DNA of 52,768 nucleotides from NCBI GenBank assembly GCA_000182565.2, contig KQ257467.1. The stretch is one strand, 5' to 3'. Positions 12,807 to 28,152 of this stretch are shown piece after piece. Numbering within the stretch: position 1 is the stretch's first letter; the number at the start of each line of letters is the position of its first letter. Made by a program: the position numbers and the translations under genes. The notes beneath the pieces were generated by a model. The model ran no database searches, was not told the DNA's origin, and worked only from the letters and a program-made list of their open reading frames with translations. This DNA comes from Spizellomyces punctatus DAOM BR117. Lineage: Eukaryota.

Positions 12807-14225
12807 TCATTGCGGCGGCAGAAGAATTCGTCCCATTTTTCGTAATTGCTCCAAAAATACGAATGTTAGAATGGTGTGGGGTCTGGACAAAAAAGCTGTC
12901 AATAACAGAAAAGTCGCTCGTGTAATTACAAAGCCTCAGATACTCACCCCACCCGCAGATAATGTGCTGTGAATCCTTTGTACAAGGCAGCTACGCCCTC
13001 AACTTTTGCAGTCTTGACGAGACAGTCGATCCCTGATTTATACAAAGCACCATGCTTCCCATCCGCAGCTGTTCGTTGATTGTACTATTCAAAAGTACAA
13101 AAAAGTTCATTTAAGCGACCACAGAAGCAATGCATGAACTGAACGTACCATTCGCGTGCTGGCCACATCGAAGGGATTCATCGCAATGCAAACGAAAAGA
13201 CTCGTGATCAAACTCGCTGCGAGATGCAGTTCCAGGCCGCCATGTCCATCATGAAGATTGAACCATCCGCTTTGTGACAACAAGTGCTTACAGGAGTCGT
13301 AGCTGGAAAGCTGGACTGCGGAGCCTATTCCAGTTCGTAACATTGCCGCGTCCACACCTCGCCATAAACCGCGCAATCCTTCTCCACGATAAATGATTTG
13401 AAGCGCACGCACGGTGCCCTGTTGAACATAACTGTGCTGAGCACCCACCGCGGCAGTCGACGTAGTTGTGTAAGATTGCATGCGCTATGAAGGAGCAGAT
13501 GAAAGGTTATTATCCCGACAGTCAGGTTGAACGAATAGCACTCAGAGATGAAGAATATCAAGCCTTACGGTTTTGACGAGGTATAATGGGGAGGCGACTG
13601 AGGCTCCTATTATACCGGAAGTCGCTCCAGCCATAATCATCGCCGGCAGTTGAGTGGCATGACCGTGACTGGTCATATCAAAAGCACGCAAGTAAGCCAG
13701 TTTTATTGGTTCATAGAGACCGAGACGAAAGCCATTGAGTAGAACCTGGTACGCATAGGCCTGCAGTGCAAACCGATATAAGAAATGCGAATAGAGGCGA
13801 GCAACCAGAGAAATACACTTACCGGGCCCAATCCTCGTTGTATTCCCCGCAGGCCCTCATTTCGAAAAATGGTTACAAAGGCAGAGAAGGCATTTCCGTA
13901 AGGATGAGGAGCTGCCGCCACCGTATTCGGAACAGACGGTGCAAGGCGAAGGGGCAGAGCACGGCGCTCAAGTTCACCTTGCAGTTGCAGGCGTGTTTTC
14001 ACTACCTATCAAGGAATGGTGGTCAGACTTTCCAAAGCTAGAAACAGCCTATAACTCGTGCTATTTTCCCATTCATACCTCCCAAGGGTTTGTAAAAGTA
14101 ACGGCACCACAGGCAGCGAGAGCGCCTGTTGTGAACTGAACTGCGTGGTGCGCAAAGGGAGACTGGGCTGACTGAAGAGAAGATGTGCGTGCCGTTTGGG
14201 CTTGCCCAAGGTGGTGGTTTGCCAT
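12807..14225 (-). CDS. OAC1: Mitochondrial oxaloacetate/sulfate carrier (SLC25A34/35 family)
   Basis: AACGAVTFTNPWE/VMKTRLQLQGE, MLRTGIGSAVQLSSYD, MNPFDVASTRMY and ALYKGFTAHYLRVGPHTILTFVFLEQLR across spliced exons. Confidence 0.88.
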
Positions 14226-14286
14226 GTGTGTCGTGTATGCTTAATGCAAATGCGTCGTCCCAAAAGTTTTGTGCAAAGTGAATATA

Positions 14287-14335
14287 TGCGAATGCGAGTG
14301 CGAGTGCGAATGCGATTGCGAATGGCCGTGCGAAT
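14287..14335. repeat. Degenerate hexamer tandem repeat (TGCGAR)n in the OAC1/SNF5 divergent intergenic region
   Basis: tgcgaa tgcgag tgcgag tgcgaa tgcgat tgcgaa read directly. Confidence 0.7.
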
Positions 14336-14665
14336 CCCCTCCAATGTTCGTCGCAGAAAAAAGCGAGTTTTATGGCGATGCTGGTGATTTCCTTTTAGTG
14401 AATTGTATTGTTTCTCGGCTGTGATTTGTTTAGAATAAAAAAAAAAAAAAAGTTCCTTTCATCCCAAACTGTTCATTCAGCCCAAATGTTGATGCGCGCG
14501 TCTGGCGTCTGATCCCAAAGGCCAAAAGTCGGCCAGCGGAGAAAACGACGAGGATTCAGGTTAATGAAAGAATGTGATCGGATTGCTTTCTTTTCCCACT
14601 CTGCACCATTCCTATAACCCTAGCGCACATTGTTGTTCTCTCCCCCGGTCCCCCGCGCTTGCGCA

Positions 14666-17600
14666 ATGTTTGACAACGAGGATGGGAAGCCTCCCAACCC
14701 TCCCAATGGCAAGGAATTGGAGTCCCTGGAAATGCCGTCGTTTCCGAACGCCCTGCCTCCATCGACACCACAGTCCCCTACTTTTTCTCAACCTACAGAA
14801 CATCCAGTGGTGGGCAGCCCTACACAGCCTGTTCCTCACCAGTCACCATCACCAGAAGGTAAAATAGTGCTTCTTTTTCGCCTGATCTGTGATTCCATGC
14901 GTTTGCGTCATATACTGATCAGCAAAGTTTTAGCCGTAGATCCCTTTGTTGCACCTTCAAAATGCACTCCAGATACCGATTCACAACCTCCTTTCAACAT
15001 TCCTTCTGAATCAGGCTGCGGATCCCTCTCCGCTTCTACACCACAAGATGCTTGTGCTCCTAGTCCGGCAGCGTCGCTCACTGCGGAAGTTTCCTTGCCC
15101 CCATCAACAGCGAATGATGCAGCGCATCCAGTACTGACCTCGGTAGCACCATCATTTCCTCCCAGTACTCTCGTTCCCGGCTTGTCGTCTTCTGCCGAAG
15201 CAAACGTGGACACCGTCTCCAATTTCCCCTCCTATGGTGACTTTGGCCCGCCGACATCACAGCAGCGTCAGGCTGGAACTATTGCACATGTGCATATGGA
15301 AGGCGTGTCCCGTCCTCAGCCCCTCTCATGGGTAACGCCCACAGATAGGCCTGCTGAGAACTTACAACCATCAATATCTGGGTCAACGTTCCCTGCGACC
15401 GTGCGCGGCAGCGACGGCTCTCATTCCCCCATAATTAAGGATCTCCATACACTCGACAATATTTCAACGAGTTTGGGCATGTCATCGTCGTCCTTTCCAT
15501 CAATAGGGACACATGGAGTACCTCCTGCGAGCAGCGTTCCTTTGGATTCCTCGTCCGCAACATTACCTCCAGCCGCTCCAGTAGCGCCTCAAGGACATTT
15601 TTCCACTCCTTGGCCATACTCGGTCGCATTGTCAACCCCGCATACGAGCTCACTCGCGGCAATACCACAACCAATCCCTCTTTCGGGCGCTGTTCGAGGG
15701 ATGTCAGCAGAGCCATCAGAGGATCCCCTTCCAGATGGTTTACCTCCCACGGATCATGAAAATGATGATCCGATGGCCGATGATTCGCAGGATGAAATGG
15801 ACTCTGACACGGAAGAGCACAAGCCAGAAGTCCCAGAGGACAGCCATTCATTCCAGTCCAGCCATCCAAACGGCGAACTCACTAAAAAAGCACTTACAGT
15901 CGAGACGGCCGTGCGAAAACTATCCGTTATCGAGAGAGATCCTTCCTTTTTATGGGAAAAAAGTTTGAATATTTATTTGAATCGCGAAAGGGCTTATGGG
16001 GAAGCTTTAAAGCATCAGATCCTCCAACAGCGACAGCTTATGGATCAAAAAGCCAAGGAAGTAGATTCATTGCGGCGAGTCGTCGCGATGGATCTGGCGC
16101 GCCCCCAACCACCATTCGAACTTATTTTTCGACGAAAGCGCAAATTGACGGAAGAGCTGACCTTGTAAGAATTGTCATAATTTTTTCCTAACGTACGTGA
16201 TTTATGTTCACATAACTTATTCGTGCTATAGTACAGAGAACCAAATGGTTGACATCGCTGAAAGAGAGGAGGCGCTAGTACCGATACGTTTGGATCTGGA
16301 GATCGAAGGCATCAAACTACGCGACACTTTCACTTGGAATCTAAATGGTATTTCTAACGAGGGATATTGTGTGTTGAGACTGTAAAAACGTAAACCAATT
16401 AATGCACATCTCCCAGAAACACTGATCAATCCTGATCAGTTCGCTGAAATGCTATGCGATGATTTGCATTTACCGGCTGCCATCTTTGTCCCACATATAG
16501 CAAGAGCTATTCGTGAGCAGGTGGACGATTATTATCAACACGCACCATCTGTGCTACATTCAGCCGAGCAGGATACACGAGGAAATGATGGCATCGATAG
16601 CGGGAACAAAGACGCCCCAGAGCTGCGAGCAATCATCAAGGTATGCTTAAATAAACAAGGAGACCACTCTGACAAAAGGGCTGACATCCTTGTTTAAGCT
16701 TGATATTACAGTTGGGAATCACTGTTTGGTGGACCAGTTCGAATGGGACCTGAACTGCAGGAGAAACAACCCAGAGCTGTTTGCAGATCATATGTGCAAT
16801 GAGCTAGGATTGGGCTCCGAATTCAAGTGAGTTGTCCGTTCCTTTGCACGCAAATCTTCCTAGGTCTCCTCTTGGCCATTCTCTAATACTTTGTACAGAA
16901 CTGCCATCGCTCATCAAATACGAGAGCAAGTCCAAACATTTGCAAAGTCCCTCCTATTGGTTGATCATCATTTCGATGGGCAGCCTATCGACGATGACGA
17001 ATTGTCTTCCTGCTTCCTACCGCCGATTGAGGCTTCCCGTGTCATTCGACCCCCCAAAGCCAAAGCGCTTTTTGGCCCGTATTATAACCCCGTGACGGAC
17101 TTGGAGATTGAAAAGATGGAAAAGGATAGAGAAAGAGATGCGCGGTATGAGCTATCATGGAAAGGTTGTAATTTTTGTTGTCCTGTTGACATGGAAGCTG
17201 CATTATCAGACGAAAGCGTCGGCAAACGCAACGTAGTCGTCGCGCAATCGCCCTGCCCGACCGTGAGGCGCCGAAAACCAATCGCACTGGACCATTACAG
17301 TATAATCCCTTGGAATTGCAGGATCCGCTAGCCCCTCAATTGGCTGGACCCGTCACACGGCGAAACCCTCCGCGGAGACATCGTGGTATGGTCGACCTTC
17401 CACTAGCACCCGCTCCGGTTGTGAAAGAGCGGGAGCGGGAACCGCAGCCACCACCGCTTCCTCTTGAAGTGTTATTGACACGAGGTAATTGTTGCGGGTG
17501 CCATTACAGCCCAGTCTCGGACCTATGCTAACTTGATGATCTGTAAGGATGGCGGTGTCGGAATTGTGGAGTTAGTGCCAAGGATACGCCTTTGCTTCGA

Positions 17601-18418
17601 AAGGGCCCAACTGGCGAGAAGGTAAGGCATTGTCCTTATACACGGCAGTCTCAACTACTGATCGAATACTCACTTTCTCTGCCGCTCTTGATTTTTAAAA
17701 AGACTCTATGTGATACTTGCGGTCAGTCCCCACCTGCAGTTTCTGTCGTTCCATTACAATGCGCTGACTTTTTTGTTCTCATGACACCCTTAGGTCTCTA
17801 TTATCACAAAACCAACCGACAGCGCCCAGTGTCACCCGCACCACACCCCCCGACACCCATTTTCACATCTCAACAACCAATGGAAATCACCACGTCACCA
17901 CAGGGCTTACGGGTAGCTGCTCAACCTCACCAAGCATCACTGCCAACGTCGCCACCCAACATGGGCATCGAGAACCCATCAGCATCGCCGCTGCCACCGC
18001 CGCACCCCGCCCCCCTTTCCTTTCCAGAATCAACCTTGCACCCGCCACAACCTGTTCGGATCCAAATTCCGGGGTGGTTACCAGAATGCAAATCCGCCCT
18101 CATGCAAAAATATCCGCATGATACTTTTGAAATTGTGCCAAAAGGGAAAACGGGTGAACTCAGACTCAAGTGTTATGATTGTCCAGGTGAGTTGAGTAAA
18201 AATAATAGAGGTTGTCTGCATAGATTGTTGACTTTGTCTGGACTGTAGGTAAATTATATCAAACAGGACCAGGCGAGACGTTAAACAATTTCGAGATACA
18301 TTTGAAGAACAGGCATCATCGTGCAAATGTCAATGCACGACTTGTAAGACAGGGCTATAGGCGAGAATCGATGGACAGTGGATGGGAATTGGAACGGGGA
18401 TTCGAACCCGTATCTTAA
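14666..18418 (+). CDS. SNF5: SWI/SNF subunit Snf5/SMARCB1 homolog with GATA-type and C-terminal zinc-finger-like modules
   Basis: [41 protein letters not shown] and [42 protein letters not shown] are SNF5 repeats 1 and 2. The N-terminus is long and Pro/Ser-rich, and the gene has many introns. Confidence 0.88.
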
Positions 18419-18628
18419 ATACACAGGCTAATGAAAAAAGGGGACGTCTTTGTGCAAGCGGAAAAATCCCAAATGCATGTCGTGGTCCAACATCACGCAA
18501 ACAACCTTTTCTCTCCAAATACGAATCCTCAAAAACCCCCAACCAAACCACATCACCACCGATTACCAGTACGGTAAGCTAACACCCAGTGACTGCAAAA
18601 TACGCATTCCAAACAACGATACAACGTC

Positions 18629-20010
<1,382 letters not shown>

Positions 20011-20702
20011 ACAATTTGGAGCGTGCTGATGATGCAAATATCACGGAATGTCGATATTGGCGTAGAGATAAAAAGGAAAATATGTGCAGGAAAAATAATC
20101 AGTAAAAACCATAGTCTGCCTCCAAAGACTGTCGGCAAAAGACGCTAATCGTCTGCGCGATGATGATTCGGCCATGATCAACTCACAATAGAGACGTGGG
20201 TGCTGAGGGGCGAGGACCGTCAATGCGTATACACCAAACGAGTTCAAGGGAGAAGCCAGGAAAGAGTCAAATGTCCAACGTTGGCTATTCTGACAAACTG
20301 GAGATGTGTTTTTTTTAAAATGCCGAAAACGAACGGTCAGTGAGAACTCGAGCAAGTTGATTGTGCGTGTGCGCCTTTTGCAGCCCTCTGATTATCGCAG
20401 CGGGTGGCGGTTGTGTAGCGTAGCAACTGACTACTTGTGCAGGCAACGAGAACGATGCTCAAAGCGATGGCGGTGGGGGGGAATGGCCGGCCGTGATTTC
20501 CTTGTTCGATTTCCCAACCCCAATTGCCGACCCAAAGCAAAATAAAAAAGGCAAAGGGAAAGGAGGGCGGTCCGTGTGTTTGCGTGGGGGGCTTGTTGTG
20601 GATTTGGGAAGGGCTGAAAAGGGGATGATGGTACCTTAATGTGACTGTGCCGCCACCTTCAAGGCCAGACAATCGGCCAAAACGTCGCTGGGAACTGGGT
20701 TA

Positions 20703-20722
20703 ATGACTAGAAGAACAAGACG

Positions 20723-20755
<33 letters not shown>

Positions 20756-21685
20756 GCGGTTGCGAACGGGAGGGTCGTCGTCGTTCTTTATTGGGTCATG
20801 TTTGGCATGGTGTCTTTTATGGTGCCCCGTCCATGCCAACGTGGAAAAGATCATCTTTTGTCCGTCAAAAGTGCTTGCGTCGACTGAAACTTCCTGGCTG
20901 CATAATATCATATCTGAACGCTCCAACCTGTCAGTTCTTGCTTGGTCTTGTTGCGACTCTTTAGACCCAAGAGACACCTATTCCCAACAAATCATCCTTT
21001 TTTTTTATAGAACTGCCTTGGAAGCACCCTTCTCAATACTCCAAGACCACCTCAAAGCGGCACTGCCTTCCGACGAGAGAAGGCATTACTGGGCAAATGA
21101 CCATGACATTCCACTGGCTGACACGATGCGATATTATAGCATACGCCGATTAAATCCAAAAGCTACATATGAGATTCGCGTCTGCTGGCCTGCTACCGTA
21201 GGTGTCTATCATCTGCTCCTCCACCCGTTTGAGCAACCATGTAACTATAAATCCTTGCTGGGAAAGGCACCCGCCGATTGGATGTTTGAGCTTGTACCGG
21301 TATCTGGCACGGTATGCTTTCAAACCATCGACAGACTGAAAGATGTGGCCCAATCCCAGCATTAATTGTCCTGCTCAGACATCGGAACTCGTTTTGCGGC
21401 TGACAGCAAAGCATGCAGGCGTACCGCAAAGGTTCATGAGAGATAAAGTTAATGTTCGTATTCCATACACCATAGGTAAGACGGCAAAAATTATCAACTT
21501 GGATTAGTAATGTTATTGAAAATCCCCGTCTAGTCCTGGATCATCTCGTCTTTGGGATTCTCCCACAATCATGCCTTCCTACCATTTTGTTTATCTGCGT
21601 CATTTTACTAGCGGGGTCTCTTCTCTTCCTGCCTAGGCTTTCTAGACTGTTGCAAAACAACTTTGAGAATGTCAAGAATGCATAA
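20703..21685 (+). CDS. Putative GPI-mannosyltransferase II co-activator (Pga1-like) membrane protein
   Basis: Signal-like hydrophobic stretch followed by ANVEKIIF, then YEIRVCWPAT. The last exon VLDHLVFGILPQS plus a transmembrane helix gives a layout recalled from fungal Pga1-family proteins. Confidence 0.6.
20723..20757 (+). repeat. (TCG)n/(CCG)n trinucleotide microsatellite encoding poly-Ser/Pro
   Basis: tcgtcgtcgtcgtcgtcgtcgtcg ccgccgccg read directly. Confidence 0.85.
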
Positions 21686-22032
21686 CGCTTCTAGTTGCTG
21701 GCCACTAGACTCCTTTTCGTCGATATGATATATAATTATAAGTGTGTATTGAGCGAGCAATACAAAAATTGAATTTAGATAGTGCAAACAACATTAAGCA
21801 CACCAGTTATGTTCGATACTGGGTGTCCTTAAATACGGAACAGCGACAGTAATCAAGGGGCTGCCCTCAGCACCTCCGAATACTTCTGGCAGTCCCTCAC
21901 CACTAAATGAAGAAGTCCTGAGCCGTCACTTCTTATGACGAGCTCTCAACTCGCTCGTAGATGTGACGCTGTCAGTCAGGCCTCCTTCCTCTATAACCCC
22001 AGTATCCTATCGTGTTCGAATATGTTGGTGGT

Positions 22033-23222
22033 TTAGCCCTGAGGTGTTTCGGCAAGTTGAATGGGTTCTTTTTGGAATCCAGGTTGTTGTGAAAGAATCA
22101 TTTTCATAAACTCATACTGCAGTAGGAACATTAGACACCAGAGCCAACATCAAAACCAGGACTTTCGCTCGTACCGTTGTCCAGCAGATGGCCGTTGCCG
22201 GCATATGAGATAGAATCCGCGCTCGTGCCCCCATCGTGAATCCGACCAAACCATGTCGCTGGTAAATGAGACGGAATGCTTCAGCCAACCCAGAAGCATG
22301 CCTGATCGTCTGGTCAACGACCGCTCCCCTTGTCTGCAAAAGTGTTTTGGCCACATCAAGAGGATTTGTAAGTGCCGCTGCCGCCGCACCCGCAATGGCT
22401 CCGGAAACGATATGAGTTTTTGGATCATATTTTCCGCTTGGATTCAGATACTTGCGAAAGTACTCGTATGTGGCAAAATGAATCGATTGGAAAGGGATAG
22501 TCATCATGAGAGTTGTGGGATAGGAGATGTAGAATGCGCTGAGTCCTTCTTTTCTGAAAATGTCCAATGCTGCCTCTGTTACGCCGCGGTAAGTGGACCC
22601 GTGTACTTGCATCCGCTGCTTGACGACTATAGGAGCCATTTTCAGTGCTTGGATTTAAACAATCATCCAACAACAAAATAATTCATACCATCAAATGGAT
22701 TCATCAAACCATCGCTGACAATAGTTGCACATGCTCCTGCCATCGCTATTTTGCACATGAGGTTAAGTGCCAAAGATATTCCGAACATGACAGATTCTAA
22801 ACATACCGTGTGATACATGGTGGTATCCATTGTCCATGTTGCTAAAGACCTCCTTACATTTTTCGTATGACGCAAAATACAAGGCGTGTGCTGGTCCTGC
22901 ACCAACGATAACAGAGTTTACTCCTCGCCACAGGGTAGCAAACCCCTCAGCTGTTGTGATGCGAGAGAGTGCATTGGCGACACCGCTATATATGGCTTGT
23001 GGACTTGGTGATAGAACTTGCATTCGGGTCTACTCCAAACAAAAACTGTGAGTGTTGATATGCCGCAGACTGCGGGATTTTGTGTCAGTGCTCGGTACCG
23101 ACCTTCACACTATCGAGCGGATACATGACAGTGTGCTCTGTGATACCCGCCAGTGCTCCTGCCAGCATGTTGGTTGCGACGGAGGTTGTAGGTAGCGCTT
23201 CATAGTCTACTTCGTCTGCCAT
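22033..23222 (-). CDS. MRS3: Mitochondrial iron carrier (mitoferrin, Mrs3/Mrs4)
   Basis: [86 protein letters not shown]. Confidence 0.92.
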
Positions 23223-23575
23223 GGAGCTGCGGATTGATTGGGATTTGAACTGTGAAATGATGTGAAATGGGGTGTTTATAAGTTGCAAAGGCTTGTTGAA
23301 AAGTCAATTCAAAAGGTTTTGAAATCTTGTGAGACAAAAGATGATTTTAAGTCACTGTCAGGCACAGTCACATTTACACGGAAGGCTGATCCAATTGAAA
23401 GGTTGTCGATGGGGGCATTTGAGCTTTCGACTGCGGCGAGAGGTTCATTGCATTCTGCCGGTCAAAAGGACGAGAGTTGACCAAATGCAACAAGCTTTGA
23501 TATATTCTGCAGCTGTTTTTCAAAAGTATATACACACACACAAGTACACTATTTCATTGCCGGATTGGGAACGGA

Positions 23576-24162
23576 CTAGTATTCCTGGCTTTGAGAGCCG
23601 CCCTTTTCACCCTTTCCAGTTTTCGACTTTTTGGGGAGCAAGACAGAGTGAATGTTGGGAAGGACACCACCTTGAGCGATGGTGACGTTGCCCAGAAGCC
23701 TGTTCAGCTCCTCATCGTTTCGAATGGCCAACTGCAAGTGGCGGGGGATGATACGGGTTTTCTTATTGTCACGCGCAGCATTACCAGCGAGCTCAAGGAT
23801 TTCCGCAGCGAGATACTCGAGAACAGCAGCCAAGTACACAGGTGCACCTGAAAAAAGTGAAATTGTAATGAGAACTGCGAGCATGTTTGCAGCAAAAACA
23901 AATTCTGCATTGCTGTTACTCACCAGCTCCCACGCGCTGAGCATAGTTGCCCTTGCGCAAGAGACGGTGGATACGGCCAACGGGAAATTGAAGACCAGCA
24001 CGGGAGGAGCGCGATTTGCCGGCGGGTTTGGCAGCTTTTTCAGCTCCCGACTTGCCTTTGCCACCTATTGTAAGGCAGCCCCAAAGTTAGATTGACTCTA
24101 CAAACCAACGTGATTGAAGGGTGGCCTCTTTCCCCCCATCGTGTCATGTACCCACCAGCCAT
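23576..24162 (-). CDS. HTA1: Histone H2A (H2A.X-type SQEY tail), two introns
   Basis: [78 protein letters not shown]...SQSQEY. Confidence 0.97.
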
Positions 24163-24840
24163 TGTAATTACAGAGAGATAAAGAGGAGAGTTGCGAAAGA
24201 GATTGGGGCGGAAGAGCTAAAGGTTTGAATGAAGCGCCTTTGTGTTATATCCGTTCGGACATTGCGTGACCTGGTCTGCACGGGACTCGGACACGCGCCC
24301 CTCGTCTAGCATTTGACCTCAAGCGCTCGCCTTGGAGCGTTTCTGCCTTGGGGGCTTGAGAACAGCCGTGGGATGAGCTCTGGATGAATTATCATTGCGG
24401 CCATACCACTTGGCATTTCTTTTTGATAGTACTGTTTGGTGTCAAGCGGGAGATTTGGATGCTTTATAAACCTTCTTGACCGATGGAGTAGCATCCGACA
24501 GCAAACGCTCATCCGCAACCCCAAACCATAGAGATTTCCACTACGCATTATATTAAGAGGACCCTCTGCTTTTCACGTTGTTCCGCAGTTACTTGTCGCT
24601 CTCCTCCATTTGTTGAAAAAAAAAAACCAGCAAGCGATTTGGGGGTTCGGATGAACGCGTTCGTTCGGACATGACGATGCCTCAAAATCCAACCAATCAG
24701 CGCGTCCACATGATAACCTTCCCCCACGCCTATTTAAAGGGAACAGCGTTCACCTCTCCCCCCTTCAACTCTTTGCGCCAGCATCATCGCTTCATCTCGC
24801 TTCATCTCCACCAAATCTTTTCCAGTTTATTCGAATACAA

Positions 24841-25435
24841 ATGGCTCCCAAGGAAGCTGCTGCTGCTCCCAAGGCCGAAAAGAAGGTAATCATCTTTCAA
24901 ACCTGGGTCCCAGAAACAACGCGCTAAATTCCAAACTGTGTAGCCTGCTGGTAAGGCACCCGCTGGCAAAGCTCCAGCAGGAGAGAAGAAGGACAAGTCC
25001 AAGAGAAAGACCGTCCGTCGTGAGACCTACTCTACCTACATTTACAAAGTACTCAAGCAGGTAAATGCAGCACTCCGACAGGAAAAGGGGAACGTTACAC
25101 ACTGGCGCTAACCATTATATTTGTTAGGTGCACCCTGACACTGGTATTTCGAACAAGGCCATGTCAATCATGAACTCTTTTGTCAACGACATTTTTGAGC
25201 GTATTGCCGGAGAGGCTTCTAAATTGGCTGCATACAACAAGCGTTCTACTATCAGCTCTCGTGAGATTCAGACTTCTGTCCGTCTTATTCTCCCTGGGGA
25301 ATTGGCCAAGCACGCCGTTTCTGAGGGTACCAAGTGAGTCATGTTTTTCGCATGGTTATTTACTCATCAATGGACATTCGATATTGACCCTTCGTCTTTC
25401 CCAGGGCCGTCACCAAGTACCAGGCTGCTAAATAA
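24841..25435 (+). CDS. HTB1: Histone H2B, three introns, divergent from H2A
   Basis: [114 protein letters not shown]. Confidence 0.97.
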
Positions 25436-25773
25436 GCGGTTACACTTCCTCCCGCGTTGGGAAGGGCAACCGTGTTTTCAACACGTGCAGTTGAAAGGAT
25501 ACGACCTTTTTGTAGATACTGGATTTTGTCTGCGAAGTAATATATATAACGTTTTACCGCAGTTTTCTTACCGCCGACGCTGCACATCAAGCCAGAGGCA
25601 AATAGACAGCTCGCAGCAGCCTTCTGTGAGCACAATAAAAATGGGAACGCAATCTATGAGGCACATAGGCACGAGATGACGCCTAGCACAATCAAGTGAA
25701 AAGAAAAGTTTTCAGTGTGTCCTAATCTAACAATGTAAACGCCCGCCACATCCGTTGCTCTCTTGAGGGCTGC

Positions 25774-27744
25774 TCAGAGGTCCAGCAGTATCCGCCTGGG
25801 GTCTTCAATCAACTCTTTCAACTTGACCAAAAACGTTACCGCCTCACGACCATCAATCACACGGTGGTCGTAGGTCAGTGCAACGTACATCATAGGACGA
25901 ATCTCAACCTAAAAACCATACGGCATGAGATCACCGCCCGATAAGGGAGATAATCAACTGTTCTCTACCTTTCCATTCACGACGACAGGTCGCTCTTTTG
26001 TGGCATGCATACCCAAGATGGCTGATTGAGGTTGATTAATGATGGGGGTACCAAACAATGAACCAAAGACTCCGCCGTTCGAAACAGTGAATGTGCCACC
26101 AGCCAGATCTTCAATGGTAATTTGATTATCACGGGCCTAAAGTGAAACCAAGTATTTGGTCAATCTTAATTGGTAAATCCATACACGGCACAGGACTTCG
26201 ACCCTGAGACAGACCTTCTTTCCAAGAGCAGCCATAGCCTTCTCCACTTGGACAATTGACAACGTCTCGCAGTTGCGAAGAACAGGTGTAACCAGCCCTT
26301 TTGGAGTAGCAACAGCAACGCTAATGTCCACGTAGTCGTGATAGACAATCTCATCCCCTTCAATGGCAGCGTTAACACCAGGAACCTCGTGGAGCGCCAA
26401 ACTGGTAGCCTTGATGAAGGCACCCATGAATCCGAGCTTCACGCCGTGCTTCTCAGCAACAAGCTCCTTGTACTTGGCACGCATTTCCATCAAATTGCTG
26501 GAATACAAGTCAGAATGCACTATTGCGCAGGATTATGCAGAAGCCAGTCTCGAACCTCATGTCAATTTCGTTGAAAGTGGTCAAGGAAGCCGCAGTCTCT
26601 TGTGACTCTTTCAAATGCTTTGCGATCTTTAATCGCATACGGCTCATCGGTATCTATGTATCTGGTTAATGAGGGCACTCATGCCATCTACGACTACAAG
26701 CACAAAATGCATACCCTACGTTCTGTACGCGAGCCAGGCATGTATCCAGGGAAGTCTTCGGCGTCGAAAGCGACTGGAGATGGAGCAGCTTTCGACGGAG
26801 CACGTGACGGAGCAGGCGCCTGTTTCTGCGGAGCTGAAAGCAGGAGTACGCCATCAGCATAAATGAGGTCGATCATCTTCATCGTTCCTCATGATCATAC
26901 CTGGTGTCGGTGCTTGTGGTTTTGGAGCCTCTGCTTTGGGTTTTGGTGGCTCTGGAGCAGGCTTTGCCTCCTCTTTCTTGGGTTCCTCCTTCTTCGCTTC
27001 TGGTGCTGGCTGTGAGGGTGCAGCTCCTTCCTTTGGTGCATCGCCAAGTTCAATCTTGACCATGTTTGCGCCAACGGCTACCGTGTCTCCTTCGTTGGCA
27101 TAGAGTTCCAAGATGGTACCGGATTCCGGAGAATTGACAGTAACATCGACCTATCGTGCAGGCCCACTTAGCGACACCACAAAGTAGTAAGTCGATTATC
27201 GGCTTTTACCTTGTCCGTTTCGATAGTTGCAATAACTTCATCACGAGCAATGAATTCTCCAACCTCTGACAAAAGACAAAGTTGAGTGACAGTGCTGTGC
27301 ACGAAAAAGATCAGACAGCATGCTTACTCTTGTGCCATTGCGTGAGAGTTCCCTCCTGGATAGATTCAGCCATTGGTGGGAACTTCACCACCTTATCGGC
27401 TGTTAAATGCGGCGTGAGAAATGCACAAAACGGACACATCTGAAACCCGGACAAAAAAATTCTTACCCATGTAGCGCACTTGACTAGTACGAAATACCGC
27501 ATGGCTGGCAGGTAGGCGTGGTCTACGGTTGAAAGCAAGCACTACGATAAATACTTCCGGTAACAACTGCAGACTGGAACGCGACCTAATGTTACCTAAC
27601 ACTTGGAGCTGAGGTAAAGAGACTACCAGTGCGGATGCCCCTTGTGGAAATGGAGGTAGAGATGGACGCAGAAGCGAGGCGCGGTGATCTCAGCGTAGCG
27701 CGCACCGCACTTGTGCCAAGGCGACGACAAAGTGCAGATGACAT
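25774..27744 (-). CDS. KGD2: 2-oxoglutarate dehydrogenase E2 (dihydrolipoamide succinyltransferase)
   Basis: Mitochondrial presequence, lipoyl domain ([22 protein letters not shown]), [49 protein letters not shown]. Confidence 0.95.
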
Positions 27745-28152
27745 TATGACACGACCTCGTAGACTTTTTCCCAAAATGAGAAACATTCAGCTTACAGTTC
27801 TCTGCACACACACAAAACAATAACAACGTTCATGAACTTACGGTTGGTAAGGACGGTGCAAAAAGAGAAATCTGTCGTTTACCGACAGCAGTTCGTTTCT
27901 AAATGAAAATCGCGTCGTTCTTTGAAAAGCCCGAAATAATTTGTGCCGCACGACTTGGAGACGGACGTTGGTCGGCTAAAAATGACATCGTGCCCGGTGA
28001 ATTGGTTTGCGGTTGCAATGTGGTTCCAAGGGCTTACGTGCGCAGACGCGTTGGGCGCGCTTCGAGCAAGTCGATTGTTGAGGTTCTGTTTGCGACCTTG
28101 GGTATTGTCGCTTGTTGACGACGCAGAACCTGCTACACAGTCTTCAGCAGTC

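Noticed and set aside
14287-14335. Hexamer repeats as a CRISPR-like or guide array
   Set aside because: Simple microsatellite without spacers.
18393-18412. tRNA T-arm/B-box-like sequence (ACGGGTTCGAATCCCCGT on the minus strand)
   Set aside because: No acceptor, D or anticodon arms can be folded, and it overlaps the end of the SNF5 coding sequence.
25471-25486. Hairpin CGTGTT-TTC-AACACG after the H2B stop as a metazoan histone stem-loop
   Set aside because: It lacks the GG..CC base and 4-nt loop, has no counterpart after H2A, and the genes contain introns, consistent with polyadenylated fungal histones.
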